Of a stretch of 64,000 nucleotides of DNA, positions 1 through 12,423 are shown piece after piece; position 1 is the stretch's first letter; each line of letters starts with the position of its first letter. A model generated the notes under the pieces. It was not told where the DNA came from, did no database searches, and was given only the letters and a program-made list of their open reading frames with translations. Position numbers and translations under genes: made by a program. Where the stretch lies: positions 11,656,001 through 11,720,000 of the forward strand of contig OZ024743.1 in assembly GCA_964016885.1 (NCBI GenBank), in the 5' to 3' direction. The DNA is from Eledone cirrhosa. Taxonomy: Eukaryota.

Positions 1-200
1 CGGTATTTGTTTAATTTACGTTCTAATGCGAGGCGGGCCGCGATGCTCGGGTTTGTGGCCAAAGCGATTAAGCTGGAGGCGGAGAACATGTCGCAGCAGG
101 TGGCGTCCCGGATGAGGGATCTACCTCCTTCGAATGGGAAGAGGGTGATTCCGTTGGGGCGCTTGCTATCTCCGTGGTCTAGGCCTGCTGGCTCCAGTTG
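1..200 (-). mobile_element. CRE-like (restriction-like endonuclease) non-LTR retrotransposon fragment
   Basis: Minus strand reads ...RPNGITLFPFEGGRSLIRDATCCD..., the RPDG-x-TL-x-P...WD-x-T type RLE motif; homologous to the copies at 3.2-3.8 kb and 7.7-9.0 kb. Confidence 0.65.
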
Positions 201-2034
201 AGATGGAAAGCCATCTTCTGCCCTTAATAAAAGGTACTAAGCTTTTTTTCACCCTTCGTAAGCAGTGGGATATCACTACGGCACCCCAACGATTCCATCA
301 GGTGTTACGAGTTCATACAAGCTGTGAAATAACGCAGATAACCATCATCTCAATAGTTGTCGTGTTTTTATTAGTAAGAGAGAAATAAATATAGTAATGA
401 ATTCAAATAATTTAAAACTTAAGACATGAAGTGGTGAGTATTTGGCAGTTAAAAATCCTGGGAGGACTGGGTTAATGCTCTGGTCTGTGGTCAACATTGG
501 ACTATTCTGTCTGGATGAGCTCCGTATTTCTATTGCACTCAGAATAGGAACCTAAAATGTCGCTGTGGTAGGCCCTTTCTACCAAAACATCTATTTATGC
601 TTCAATTTATGTAAATGTTATGTTTATCGAAGTTTTTATATCTTGGTTGATATTTGATAATAACAGCTAAACTAATCACTACAACTAAATTGACCAAATT
701 TGGTCCCCCTCCCCCCACCAATTCAGAAATACTTCCACTGCCCCTGCACTTCGCTGGCAATACTGAGCTAAACTTAATTACTAAGCGGGACCTGGCCCGG
801 GTAACTATCCTTTTAATTCTGGAACAGGCTACTTGACAGGAAGAGACCAGATGGTCATATCTTTTGTCTCTGGGTAATAAGTAGATATTTTGTTTTGGAC
901 ACCACAGTTAGTGACTCTTTTGCTCCTTACCATATCCTGGATGATGTAGTAAAAGTGAGGGTTACGGCTTTCGTAACCGAATAGAATAACATCTTAAAAT
1001 ACCGGAAATTATCGATAAACTATCTCTTCCAGCCTGTGGCGTTCGAGACGTTTGCAGGAGCTGTTGACAACATCGTTGGCGGCTCGCCTTACCGAAGTAT
1101 GAGGTGATGCTCGAGGGAGTGTTGGTTCTTTTTAGCGCCTTGCCCACGGTAATGCTGCGAATGTGTTGGCTTATTTCAAAAGTTATTAGAGGGAGCCTCC
1201 GGTACCCCTTGTAGTGTGTGACCGATTGGCACAGTGTCGAATTAATATTTTCTTTCGTTTTGATTTTGTATTTTAAGTAAAATATTTATGTAAATAAGTA
1301 TTGTATATAGTATTTGTGTGTTTATTATCATAAGAAATTAAAAATAAACTCATGTTATTTATACAACAACGAATAAACAATTCGCAAGAATTTAAAATGA
1401 AGTTGGCATTGGGCGGATTTGAACTCAGAATGTAGAGAGAAGTAAATAATACTTCACGATGTCGACCTTATTTCTACACCTACGCATTGAACAGCAACAA
1501 ACACTAAAATAAATATATAAATATAAAATAGATATTTTTTTTATATATTTTTTTATTTTACACTTCAAAGTATTTCGTAACCCGACCCCCACCGCCACCC
1601 CGAGTCCGACCAGATCAGTAGTCATTGAGAAAACTCATACTGATGTAACACAAATAGATACGATCATTCCAACAAATTATTCAGCCCTCCTCCTTTTAGG
1701 AAACATTGGTCATTGCAAGTGTTACGTGTCCAAAAACGAAATGACATTGTATCTTTACTTTAGTATGCTTCATTTCCTTTGTTATGGTGGTGAAATATAC
1801 AAGTATGCAATATATGTATTTTATATTGTGTAGACTCTTGTTTTATACACATGTTATACTTTAGTACACTCCATCGTATTATACATACTTATAGACGTCT
1901 CTATTTTCTCTGTTCTCAGATGGTTTGCTTTGATCACTTGCTAAGTATCCACCATGTCTTCTCAGAAACCACTGAAATCGGGAAGTCCAATTTTTTTTAT
2001 CAATAAAATATATTTTTTCATTTGAAGATACACG

Positions 2035-2088
<54 letters not shown>

Positions 2089-2258
2089 TTTTATATATAT
2101 GAGTTTTGTTGTAGTACAATAAAGCAATGCAGATATCGGATAAGAAGCACTCTACAGTTTGTGGGACTGGAGTATACATAATATTTAAGACAATGATATG
2201 TTGATTTAAAACTGAACTATCCACAAATGTTTTTTAGCCTTCATATCATGTCCTCCTG

Positions 2259-2325
2259 TTTTATCTGATGAAAACACAAATATTATTGCATGATGATATT
2301 TGTTTTTGAAATGCGCATAATAAAA
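2259..2325 (+). ncRNA. Minimal type I hammerhead ribozyme (PLE terminal repeat, family A)
   Basis: ttttat-CTGATGA-[acaaatattatt...atgatatttgt stem II]-GAAA-tgcgca-TA-ataaaa; stem I ttttat/ataaaa; palindromic stem III; near-identical to 23600-23670. Confidence 0.8.
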
Positions 2326-2691
2326 TACATGCAACTCCTTTAACCATCTTTTGTTCTTATATATTATATATATATAACATTGTTGGCTAATAAAGACTTT
2401 TGATGTATTGAAGGCTTCTTTGTTTTACTTTCATAATTCTTCGGCTCTGTTTAATTACATTGAGCTATACCTTTTACTGTCATTTCTATAATACGAAGAG
2501 GGTGTTTAACTCCAACACGCTCTAGTATTTTAATCCCTATATATATATATATATATATATGCAAAAGTTTTATTTAAAATTGTTGGGTTACAACAAGTAA
2601 ATATTTTATAACTGATATAAAGTACTCGACAAGTTTTTGGAGTAGATATACGATATTAAACAAATGGAAACTATATTTATAAAACCATATT

Positions 2692-2754
2692 TATTTCATT
2701 ATACATATTTCGGGGATACCATATTAAAAATATGGCATGCCTTCGTCAGATAAA
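2692..2754 (-). ncRNA. Hammerhead ribozyme (family B, minus arm)
   Basis: Reverse complement: tttat-CTGACGA-aggcatgccatatttttaatatggtatcccc-GAAA-tatgta-TA-atgaaata. Confidence 0.75.
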
Positions 2755-2833
2755 CTACCAAACCAACTTCCTACATAATGGTCGCTCATATTTATGGTAC
2801 GTCAAAATTATTTATAAAACTGTTTATATATTG

Positions 2834-2899
2834 TATTTTATCTGACGAAGGCATGCCATATTTTTAATATGGTATCCCCGAAATATGTATAATGAAATA
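2834..2899 (+). ncRNA. Hammerhead ribozyme (family B, plus arm)
   Basis: tattttat-CTGACGA-stem II (atgccatatt/aatatggtat)-GAAA-tatgta-TA-atgaaata. Confidence 0.8.
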
Positions 2900-2940
2900 A
2901 ATATGGTTTTATAAATATAGTTTCCATTTGTTTAATATCG

Positions 2941-2971
<31 letters not shown>

Positions 2972-2974
2972 CAC

Positions 2975-3790
2975 TAAGTTGGCTTAAAACATTGATTACA
3001 TAAAAAAGAGATAAAAATAAAATTAAGTAATGAGAAAAGGAGGAAGGGATAAAGAAGGGCAGATTTGGCTGTATAGGAAAATAGAGGAAAGAACTATAAA
3101 TGCCACAAATGAGAGGAAAATCAAGGATTCTTGGGCCACAGAAGAAAGGGAGGAGGAAGGGGAGAGGGCTCTGAGCCTAAGGCAGGGCAATGTTTGGGCT
3201 GCGATCCACGGACAAAACTACAAAGGCGTTTCCGTGGACAATGGCCGGCAACACTCACTGCAACAGCCACCCAACCTCGCGGGGCTCCTTCCTCAGACGA
3301 GCTGCTGACATTCCGATTTTGCGGTCGACCGTACGGTGTCCGATGACAGCTGAAGTCTCGACGGTGACCTGTGTGAAGAGGAAGCGGTCAGACAAGTCCC
3401 GATATTTGTCTTCCTGTACTCTGCATTACGGGCCGCAGGCATCGGGGTTTGTGGCCGAAACGACTAAATTGGAAGCGGAGAACGTGTTACAATATGTGGC
3501 GTCCCAGAATGGGAAGAGGGTAATTCGGTCGAGGCGTTTGCCGTCTTCGATGGCCCCAGTTGTGATGGGAAGCCAGCTGCATCCAAGATCCTTCTCTATA
3601 AGTCGTTGAAAGCGGCATGTCGGGGGACCCGTCTTCGGGCGTTAATCGAGCCAAGACAGGATGGATAGTGAATACGGCGTCGTGGACTTCGACCTCGCCG
3701 TAGCTAACGTTTATCACCTCGGACTTGGATGGGTTGACCTCGAATCCAAGGAGCTTTAGAACTGGGATGATTAGCCGAAGGTCCTAACGG
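2975..3790 (-). mobile_element. CRE-like non-LTR retrotransposon remnant, internally deleted
   Basis: RT C-terminal-like segment (LGFEVNPSKSEVINVSY) joined to RLE motif (DGKRLDRITLFPF..WDAT); shares 3' tail (aaagaagggcagat.tggctgtatagga) with the 7.5-9.0 kb copy. Confidence 0.65.
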
Positions 3791-3916
3791 TAGATATCGA
3801 AACCTGACATGTAAAACAGGTTTAATATAGTTTAGTGTTCTTAATGTTATTTTTTTAAATAAACATCGAAGTCAAAGTTGTAGTTTGGTGCAACACGCCT
3901 GGGAGTAGCTTAATGA

Positions 3917-4100
3917 CTCTTATCACAATTCTTACGTATATATAATTCTTATCACAATTCTTACGTATATATAATTCTTATCACAATTCTTACGTATATA
4001 TAATTCTTATCACAATTCTTAGAATATTAATTACATCACAATTCTTAGAAGATTTTATATGTCACAATTCTTAGAAGATTATATATGTCACAATTTCTAG
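3917..4100. repeat. 29-bp minisatellite (tcttatcacaattcttacgtatatataat), ~6 copies, degenerating rightwards
   Basis: Direct tandem repeats visible. Confidence 0.9.
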
Positions 4101-4140
4101 AATGTTGTATGCTTTAGGGGAAGGTCATGTTGTCCTAATA

Positions 4141-4330
4141 TTGTTTCTACTTTAGGCACAAGGCCAGCAATTACCCAGTGCATTACTGGTACTTTATTTT
4201 ATCGACCCCGTAAGGATGAAAGGCAAAGTCAACCTCGGCGGGATTTGAACTCAGATCGTAAAGGGACGTAACTATGCTGGAAAGCATGGCGTCCGACCCT
4301 CCACCGATACTGCCAATCCACCGCCCTTGT
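4141..4330 (-). mobile_element. tRNA-derived SINE family B (octopus-type). Other copies approx. 6185-6300(+), 6350-6500(-), 13220-13330(-), 14685-14810(+), 16968-17175(-), 18298-18452(-), 21093-21220(-), 21225-21400(-), 23992-24095(+)
   Basis: Recurrent core gagttcaaatcccgccgaggttgactttgcctttcatccttacggggtcgataaa with B-box-like GTTCAAATC. Confidence 0.85.
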
Positions 4331-4349
4331 TGTCCTAATATTGCCAGAT

Positions 4350-5860
4350 AAAATAGTGAAACGCGCAATTTGGTTTGGTTTTCAACACTTGTAAACGTGG
4401 CCCCGAGATACTTGAACTTCTCCACCTGCTTCAGTGAAATATCACATCTAGCGTGCACTATGCAGGCTTCCCTGAGGGGCGAGTGTCTCAGACTTCGCAG
4501 CATTGATTTTCATTCCTGCCGAGCAGCACTTGGCATCAAACCCACCAAGTTCATGTCGGGAATCATCTTCTAACGTGTTAAGTGACATCATGTCGTCCGC
4601 AAATTCCAGCCAACAGATTCTACACTCACCAGTCTCGATGCCACTTACAACCCAACTGCTCATGTCAATCCTGTCTGCGGAGGTTATGAACAAGCAAGAT
4701 GACTAGGCACCCATGGCAGAGTCCGACTACCACATTGAATGGTTTCGATTTAAACACCATTTATCCGAACACAAATACTCGGCCATTCGTAAAGAGACAT
4801 CAGGGCAGCAAGAAGCTGACCATCGATCCCATACTCCTGCAGGACCTTCCACAACATGTCCCGTGGAACGCGGTCATATGCATTTTCGAGGTCTACGAAG
4901 CAAGAATACGCCTTTGGCAGTACTCCCACGATTTCTCTAAAACCTGCCGCAAGAGTGAATATTTGGTCGACTGTGCTGTGTCCGAAGCGAAAACCATACT
5001 GTTCATCTGTTAGCTTGAACTCGATAATGTTCCTATATCTCTTTGCCAGACACTTAGTATGGACTTTACTTGGGAAGATTAACAAGGAGATCCCTCTAGA
5101 ATTGGAGCAATTTCTCTTGTCTTCTTTTATGAAAATTGGCGTTATCATTCCCGATTGCCTTTCCAGTGATTCAGGCTACACAAGTTAACCAGAGAATACC
5201 TTTTCTATTTAAAGCTTTTAATATCTCAAGATGAATTTCATCCTCTCCAACAGCCTTGCGACATTTGAGCTCTTTAATTGCTCTTGTGACTTCAGCCTCC
5301 GAGAGGTTAGTCATCGCTCCCAGATGCACCTCAAGTACATCTGATGCTGTTGTGACCGGGTTTAGGAGATCAGCAAAGTATTTTTTCCACCGCGCGAGAA
5401 TGCACCTCTCTGAAGAGAGGAGAACCCCAGAAGCGTTCCTGATAGCATGAGTGGAGGAAATCTTTATTTGCTGATCGGATTCCAGTTTAACCCCAAAGTC
5501 TCCCCATGTGTTAACTTTGTACACCTTTACTGTCCCTGCTACGACTTTTCGCGCCTGCTTATACCGCAAGTGCAAGAAGGAGGACTTATTTCCAAGCCAA
5601 ACATTGTAGGCCTCCTTCTTTGTACAGATGGCATCTTTGACCTCTTGATTGAACCAAAGGGTTCTCCTCGCACCCAGCACCACACCAAGCCTCTTTCGCC
5701 CGCAGCATCTAACAGCTTAAACAGAAACTGCCGAACTGAACAGTCCACTCCGTTTCAACATCCTCAGTTTGCTCAGGGAGTTCTCTGAATTTGGATGCAA
5801 TAGTATCCGCAAATCTGTTTCTGAGTTCCTTTTCTGTCAACGATTTCCATGTTATCCTAT
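4350..5860 (-). pseudogene. Degenerate RTE-like LINE reverse transcriptase
   Basis: Fragmented frames: WFNQEVKDAI, PIFIKEDKRNCSNSRGISLL, QYGFRFGHSTVDQIF, FVDLENAYDRV, FADD, GMKINAAKSE, FKYLG. Confidence 0.9.
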
Positions 5861-7509
5861 ATTTTAAAAAATAAATTGGATAGTGATAAAATATTTTCCC
5901 ATTAAAAACATATTTTGTAGTATATCAACTATAAGAGAAAACTTTCGAGTTTTGTCAAATATTAAATGCAAAGTAAGAAATTGTTCTTATTCTTTCTTTT
6001 TCCTGTTGAATATTAAATATAAAGATCGTTGATTACAAATAGATATGTCATTATTAAATTAGAACTTTCTAGGTGTAAACCCCATGGTCATTTGTGACAG
6101 AATTGAGTTTTTACCTCTACCCATAGAATGTGGGTTTTAACTCTCAATAATTCATGCATATGAACAACTTTTAATATTTTTATGAATTTTGCCTTTCATC
6201 CTTACGGGGTCGATAAATAAAGTACGTCACGCACTGGGGTCGATTTAATCGAATTGCCCCTTCCCCAAAATTGCTGGCCTTGTGCCTATATAAGAAACCA
6301 ATATTTTTTGTGAATTTTGACGACGCTAGCTCAATAGTACATAGATAATCACTTCTACTTAAAGCACAAAGCCAGTAATTAAATTGAATAGTACTTCATT
6401 GGAACTCACCCCAGAAGGTTGAAAGGCAAAGTTAACCTCGCAGGGATTTGAACCCAGAACGAACATTAAGGCTTTGTTCGATGCCCTAACAATTCACCGC
6501 CCTCACAGTACATAAATAACTTCGACCATCCGACCGCAAATCGCGAGCTGAAAAATGTAATTTCTGTTAAAATTCGTTATTTTAGTACCCACTAAATCTG
6601 CGGCAATAATTTACTAGTGGAGAACTTATCCTATATTGACAATCAAGAGAAGACATTTTCAATAAAATATAAAATATTTATTTTCTTTAGTATATACTTT
6701 CTAATTGTTAACTATATTTTAGAATAAAAGTTCACGAAAATGTTCCCGCCAATATTAAACTGATAGGAGTTGTATATAACTGATATCATTTGTATACAAC
6801 TGCTCGTTCTATTTGTAGGTTTCGTGGATAGTTGTAGAGGCAATAGTTTTTCTACACTATCAAAATAATTAAATAAAAAATGGGCAATGTCTATAATTAT
6901 TTAAAAAAAATATAGTTTAAAGATATAAACCAGCAACAAATGGTGTTTAGTATTATTTGTGTCCGAACACCAGACAACCAGGCCGATTGTTTATATTAAA
7001 CTTCTCTCTCACACACGCACACTACTAAAAAAACAAACAAAATTCCTGTGTGTATGTATATGTATGTCAACTGAGTGTGAACGTAGTCGCTGATATGATA
7101 GCTCAATCTAGAAAGTAATCGTATATTTCTGTTTAATTACATTTGTATATAAATACAGAGGTTATACAATATTTTTTACAAGTCAACTTCAATGGGGTGG
7201 AATAAATTTGATATATATAGCATCCATGTTTGTATCATTTAAATATTCATTTAGATATTTTTGTATTTACGCATATCATCAGTCGAATTTAGAAATAAGT
7301 AAGATTTGTCAACGAAGCCGACGTTGGAAAATAATAGAGAGGGTGTGTTTTTTTTGTTTTTTTTTGATGGCTTAAAACGTCAGTCACGTAGTAACTTAAT
7401 TTTGGTACGCTTACGAATCAAGGGAGATCATTCTTCATGATAACTCTGCCGCTATGTTGTCTGCCGCTGAGATGTGCTGATTAATTATTTTTTTAAAGAG
7501 AAATTAAAA

Positions 7510-8962
7510 ATGAATTTATTGAATAAACGTTATACAATGATGAAGATAGTAAAAAAAGGATAAACACAAAACTAAATAATGAAAAAAAAGGAGAAGGGGG
7601 TAAAGAAGGGCAGATCTGGCTGTATAGGAATATAAAGGAAATGATTATAAATGCCATAAATGAGAAGAAAAAGATAGAAAGGCCAAGGACTATTAGGCAA
7701 AGGCATTTCCGCGGACAATGGTCACGTCCACCTCGCCGGGCTCCTTCCCCAGACAGGCTGCTGTCGTTCCAATTTTACGGGGGAGCTCGGCTGTACGGGG
7801 TCCGAGGACGCCTGAGGCCTCGACGGTTACTTGTACAAAGAAAAAGCGGCAGGACAAACCCCATTATTTGCTTGTCTTCCTGTTGTCTGCATTGCAGGCC
7901 GCAGGTACCGTTGTTTGTAGCCGAAGCGACTAACTTGGAGGAGGAAAATCTGACAGAGCATGTTGTGTGTCAAATGAGAGATTTACCTCCTTCGAATGCC
8001 ATGAGGGTAATTTAATCAGGCGCTTGCCGTCTCTGCAGGCTCCAGTTGTAATGGGAAGCCGGCTGTACCCAGGCTCCTTCCTATTATATTGTTGAGTGCG
8101 GCATGTCGGAAAAACTAGCTTGCGCTCTGGCGGCATGACAGTGGGTGCAGGCCAAATTCATCGACGACAGCTCCACAACGACATTTATGTGAATCACATA
8201 CGGGGAGGCTGAGGTGTTGGACCACTCCGATGTGAGTGCACTCATCAACAAGGTTACCGGTTGATGAAGAGGGCACCAAATTGAACCATACACCGCTGTC
8301 TAGCTGCGAAGCGGAATGGATGCAGGCTAGGTAGTGTTGGTCCAAGACAGACTCGATCCGCCAGAAGGTAGTCCTGCACTTAATGTCGTCCCAGTTACAT
8401 TGGGCATTTGTATACTAGGGGACAGAGAGTCCTTTTCCTGTCCAGTCGGCTAGAACCCGCTTCAGTTCTAGGACTATGTTAGGTTCTGCTTTCTTGCTGA
8501 GGACCTCACAAATGAGGGTGCGATTGGAGGAGGTTGGGGAGAGGTAGGCCGGCAGTGCCAGACCCAATGCGGATCCTAGGCTGAGGCCATCGAACCTCAC
8601 AGGGAGCTTCGCCCGTAGCCAGCCGGCACTGTTGAAACCGATATTGCAGATGAGTTCCACACAGCATCGGGTGATGACATAGAGTTCACAGAGGCAATCT
8701 GCGTGAGGGTGACAAAAATTTGGGAAGGGCGAAGCTGTTCCTCTTGAGTCGAGTGCACGGCAAAAAGGCGCAACTTCTCCGCCATTCTCGGCAGGTCTCC
8801 GGGCTTGGTCAACAAGGCACTCTTGTATGGCTTTCGAGAAAATTGGAGAGCTGAAAATGCAGGTGGCGTCTTTGAACGTTAGCCAAGCTTCGGGCAAGAT
8901 GGGATTAATGCTGAATACGGCCTCATCGTAGCTAACGTTTACCACTTCAGACTTGAATGGGA
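7510..8962 (-). mobile_element. CRE-like non-LTR retrotransposon, 3' part, decayed
   Basis: AKLPVRFDGLSL (RT thumb), CRCGAVVDEFGLHPLSC (zinc knuckle), DGKRL.. RLE region; multiple stops and frameshifts. Confidence 0.75.
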
Positions 8963-9668
8963 TCTATAAAGGGAGAGAACGAAGAGAAAAGATGTATAGA
9001 CCTTAAAAAAGAGGAAAAAACCCTCACAAAGAAAATGTTTTTCTTTAGAAAATTAGATATCTAAATGCATGACCGAATGAAAGAGAGCAAGTAAAATCAA
9101 ATATAAAGGCGGGGGTGGCGGGGCGAGGAGGAGGGGAAAGCAAAGAATGAAAAAATTGAATAAATAAATAAAATAAATAAATATATTGTTATAGTGGGCA
9201 ATGCTTGACTAAAAGGAAAAGTCAATGATTGAGGTTCGATACTTTTCCCCCTCTCTTCTCTCCCTCCCACGCAGCTGCAGCACTCCAACCGAACGGCTAT
9301 CAAGCTACACCGCGTACTGGAAGATTTCCTTTGGGCGTAAATTAAAGATAAGAATAAAATAGAATTAGGGAGCTCAACCATCAACTTCATTCGCATTACG
9401 TTTTTTTGTTTTTTTGTTTTTTCCCTTTGTTTTTGTTTTTCCGGGAGGCTGCGTGTCCCTAGACCCCAAAGTGGGGTCTCGGGATATGCAACCGGCTGGA
9501 GACCCAGGGGTAAACCCTGAGCCAGATGGTTGGATAAGATCCATGAGCTTGGCTGGTCTCGCTTGAAAATCCAGCCGGATCAGTTGGAGACGATTGCTTC
9601 TGACAGAACCCGCTGGAGGGTGTGTTTGAGGACTCTGCCCCCATGACCCTCCCCGGAATAAGAGAGCG

Positions 9669-9721
9669 GAGAAGAAGAAGAAGAAGAAGAAGAAGAAGAA
9701 GAAGAAGAAGAAGAAGAAGAA
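9669..9721. repeat. (GAA)n microsatellite
   Basis: Direct reading. Confidence 0.95.
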
Positions 9722-10110
9722 AAAAGAGGGAGGAGGAAGGAAGAAAATGAAATAGTTAAAACATAAAACAAAACGAAAACAAAGAACAAAGTTGAACTAA
9801 GGGAATTAACTCAAATCTTTGTGGAATTTTCTGGGCAAAATATTGGTGTGGAAACACAAGGGTAACGCAAAATTCTGGAATAACAGAATAACAAATAACA
9901 GCTTTCCCCCGATTCTTGCCTTCAATGGCAACAACTACATCCAGAAAAAAAGATCAGAAGAATTTTGAAAGAACATAAACACATGTACATATCTTCAAAC
10001 AGATATGCCTTGCACGAGTTATTTCCCTTCAGCTTGTAGCTATATTCCGATAGAGGGTCTCAATCAACTTGAAAAAGCCTTTAGTGAACAATAGGGTGAC
10101 ATATAAAATA

Positions 10111-10156
<46 letters not shown>

Positions 10157-10599
10157 CATTATCGGAGAAAGCTAATAGCGATACTCCGGCCAAATCCCAA
10201 CTCACTCAACAAACATTAGGAAATAAGTGAGTCTATTCCTAATTAAACTTTCGGGGTGCTAACTAATTAGTATTGTGTGGAAAATTGGCTGTATTATTTC
10301 ATATGAGATATATCAAATATATATATATATATATATAATCGGTGTTGGATGCTTAAAGCGTCCATATGCGGTAAATAGGAAAATCTGCTTCGTAGAATCA
10401 AGACGTATCTGAGGACCTTGCGATTTTCGGAATCAGGTTCGATCATCACATCGATTGAGCCTTGAGCTCGTCGCCAGAGAAACGTTTATCGTTTTCGGTG
10501 CACCCGGCCGATTAACCCACTCGATATGCAAATTGGGCTACTCAGCCGTTAATATGCATAAGGTAAGTATACACGTTCAACAATCTGGCAGGAAGGTAT

Positions 10600-10642
10600 A
10601 CGTTGCTGACGATAGCTAATAAGCTTGAAACTAGTACAGCGT
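10600..10642 (+). ncRNA. Minimal hammerhead ribozyme (family C) with extendable stem I
   Basis: acgttg-CTGACGA-tagct aata agctt-GAAA-ctag-TA-cagcgt; flanks gttcaacaatctggca / tgtcagtgttgaac extend the helix to ~10575-10661. Confidence 0.85.
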
Positions 10643-11039
10643 TCCTTTGTCAGTGTTGAACAAACGAGCAACGGTGGTTGCTAGACACTACGGCTTAATA
10701 CGGGATGTTTGTTTACAAACACACCGAGCATTATAATAAATGTTCGGTGAATCCATACGTACATATATATGTGTGCATGTATGTATATATATATACATAC
10801 TACTGTACGTCTGTATACATATATGTATGTACGTGTACATACTTATATTTAAGTAACAGTCGTACTAAGAGTGGGAAATTAAATTTCGTTTCATTTTTTC
10901 CGTTTATATATATATATATATATATAAGTTAGAACAATGAAATAAAAAATCAAGTGATTAGAGATATACTTCATATATATATATATATATATATACAATG
11001 ATATTAAATAAATGGAAACTATATTTATAAAACCATATT

Positions 11040-11100
11040 TATTCTATTATATATATTTCAAGGGTACCAAAACTTTGGTACACTCTCATCAGATAAAATA
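11040..11100 (-). ncRNA. Hammerhead ribozyme (minus arm)
   Basis: Reverse complement: tattttat-CTGATGA-gagtgtaccaaagttttggtaccctt-GAAA-tatata-TA-atagaata. Confidence 0.8.
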
Positions 11101-11229
11101 CAAAGTTTGTTTTATAAATATTGACATAACCAGGAATAGGATCTTAACAGTTCAAGTTATTCCTGGATAGAAAACTTGAACAGTAAGATCTTCTTCCTGG
11201 TTATGTCAATATTTATAAAACAAACTTTG

Positions 11230-11290
11230 TATTTTATCTGATGAGAGCGTACCAAAGTTTTGGTACCCTTGAAATATATATAATAGAATA
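11230..11290 (+). ncRNA. Hammerhead ribozyme (plus arm)
   Basis: tattttat-CTGATGA-gagcgtaccaaagttttggtaccctt-GAAA-tatata-TA-atagaata. Confidence 0.82.
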
Positions 11291-11364
11291 AATATGGTTT
11301 TATAAATATAGTTTCCATTTATTTAATATCATTTAATATCATTTAATATCATGTAATATCATGT

Positions 11365-12423
11365 TGTCTGGCACGTTCGTATAGTACTGAACCGTTTTTT
11401 CGTTCTTTTAGCCCCCCCCCCCCCCCCCAGTGTTGGTCTATCCTTTCACCTATGCTACGAACTGTCTCGCCTATGTATGTTGTTTGTTGTTGTCATGTTT
11501 CTGCAAGTACCCTCTGTACATATGCTATAGACTACGTTTCTAGTTTTACAGTTTATCCGGGGGTTTACTTTGCATATAATACATTTCCTATTAGTACAGT
11601 GGGTTTTCTTAAAAGGGTATGTTTTGCTGATCAGGGATTTTATGGAAGTTCCTGGCTTTTCTACCACCTTAATCTTTAAGTGGGTCTTTCTCAGGACCTT
11701 TCTACACTGGTTAGCTAATTTCCCTCCAGGGGTAGCGTCCACGAACATGACACTCTGGTATCTCTGGTTGTCGTACCATGAGGTGGCTTTCCCTATCTTA
11801 TGTTTAGTCCTATCTAAGCTATTCCATGATTTGCTCCTGTATAATGGGCAAATTCCTTTCATGTCCAGTTCTATGAGGGTCTTATACTTCTCCATGACTC
11901 CTTCGTATACTCTGACTCTGTCTCTTTGGTTGTAGCCAGAGAACTGCATGCGGTTGATGAAGTGTTGGATGTGTCTTTCCATTTCTGTTGGGTTGCACAT
12001 GTGTGACACGTTCTTCATCACTCGTACCAAGTCTGCCATCAGAATATTAAACCTAGCACTACTGGACATTGATGAGTTTTTGAGTATCAGGTATTTGGAG
12101 GCCATGGGTTTAGCGTAGTGTGAGTAGAGAATTTGGGCCTTCTCGTCTATAGTGTTAATCCAGAGTTCCGTGTCTAATACAGGTAGTCTACTGTTAGGGT
12201 GTTTGGAAGGGTAGTCGATAGTTACAGTTATACTCTGGTGTATGGAATTAGCTATCTGCTGGATGCTTTCCATTGTGCTACATTCTAAATCATATTTGTT
12301 AGTACTCTCTTGTGCGGATGTTCTTATTACTATATTGATATCGTCTACGTAACGAGAGTACATGATGAGGTCTATGGAGCTCTCATCAAGGAGATCTTTG
12401 AGTCTCCTTTCCCACCATACCAT
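11365..12423 (-). pseudogene. Penelope-like element RT C-terminus plus start of GIY-YIG endonuclease
   Basis: YSRYVDDI, LPVLDTEL, HYAKPMAS, SGY motifs; CTNRKCIIC..NCKTRNVVY, then after a frameshift TYIGETVRSIGER (~11443-11481). Confidence 0.9.

Larger units (their letters stand above)
2646..2945. mobile_element. Fold-back Penelope-derived cassette: ~108 bp inverted arms each carrying a hammerhead
   Basis: 2646-2754 is the reverse complement of ~2837-2945; runs into (TA)n on the right. Confidence 0.8.
10997..11333. mobile_element. ~335 bp near-perfect fold-back cassette with two divergent hammerheads (family B variant)
   Basis: Left half is the reverse complement of the right half almost to the centre; (TA)n on the left; shares tail ataaatatggttttataaatatagtttccattt with the 2646-2945 cassette. 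Confidence 0.85.
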
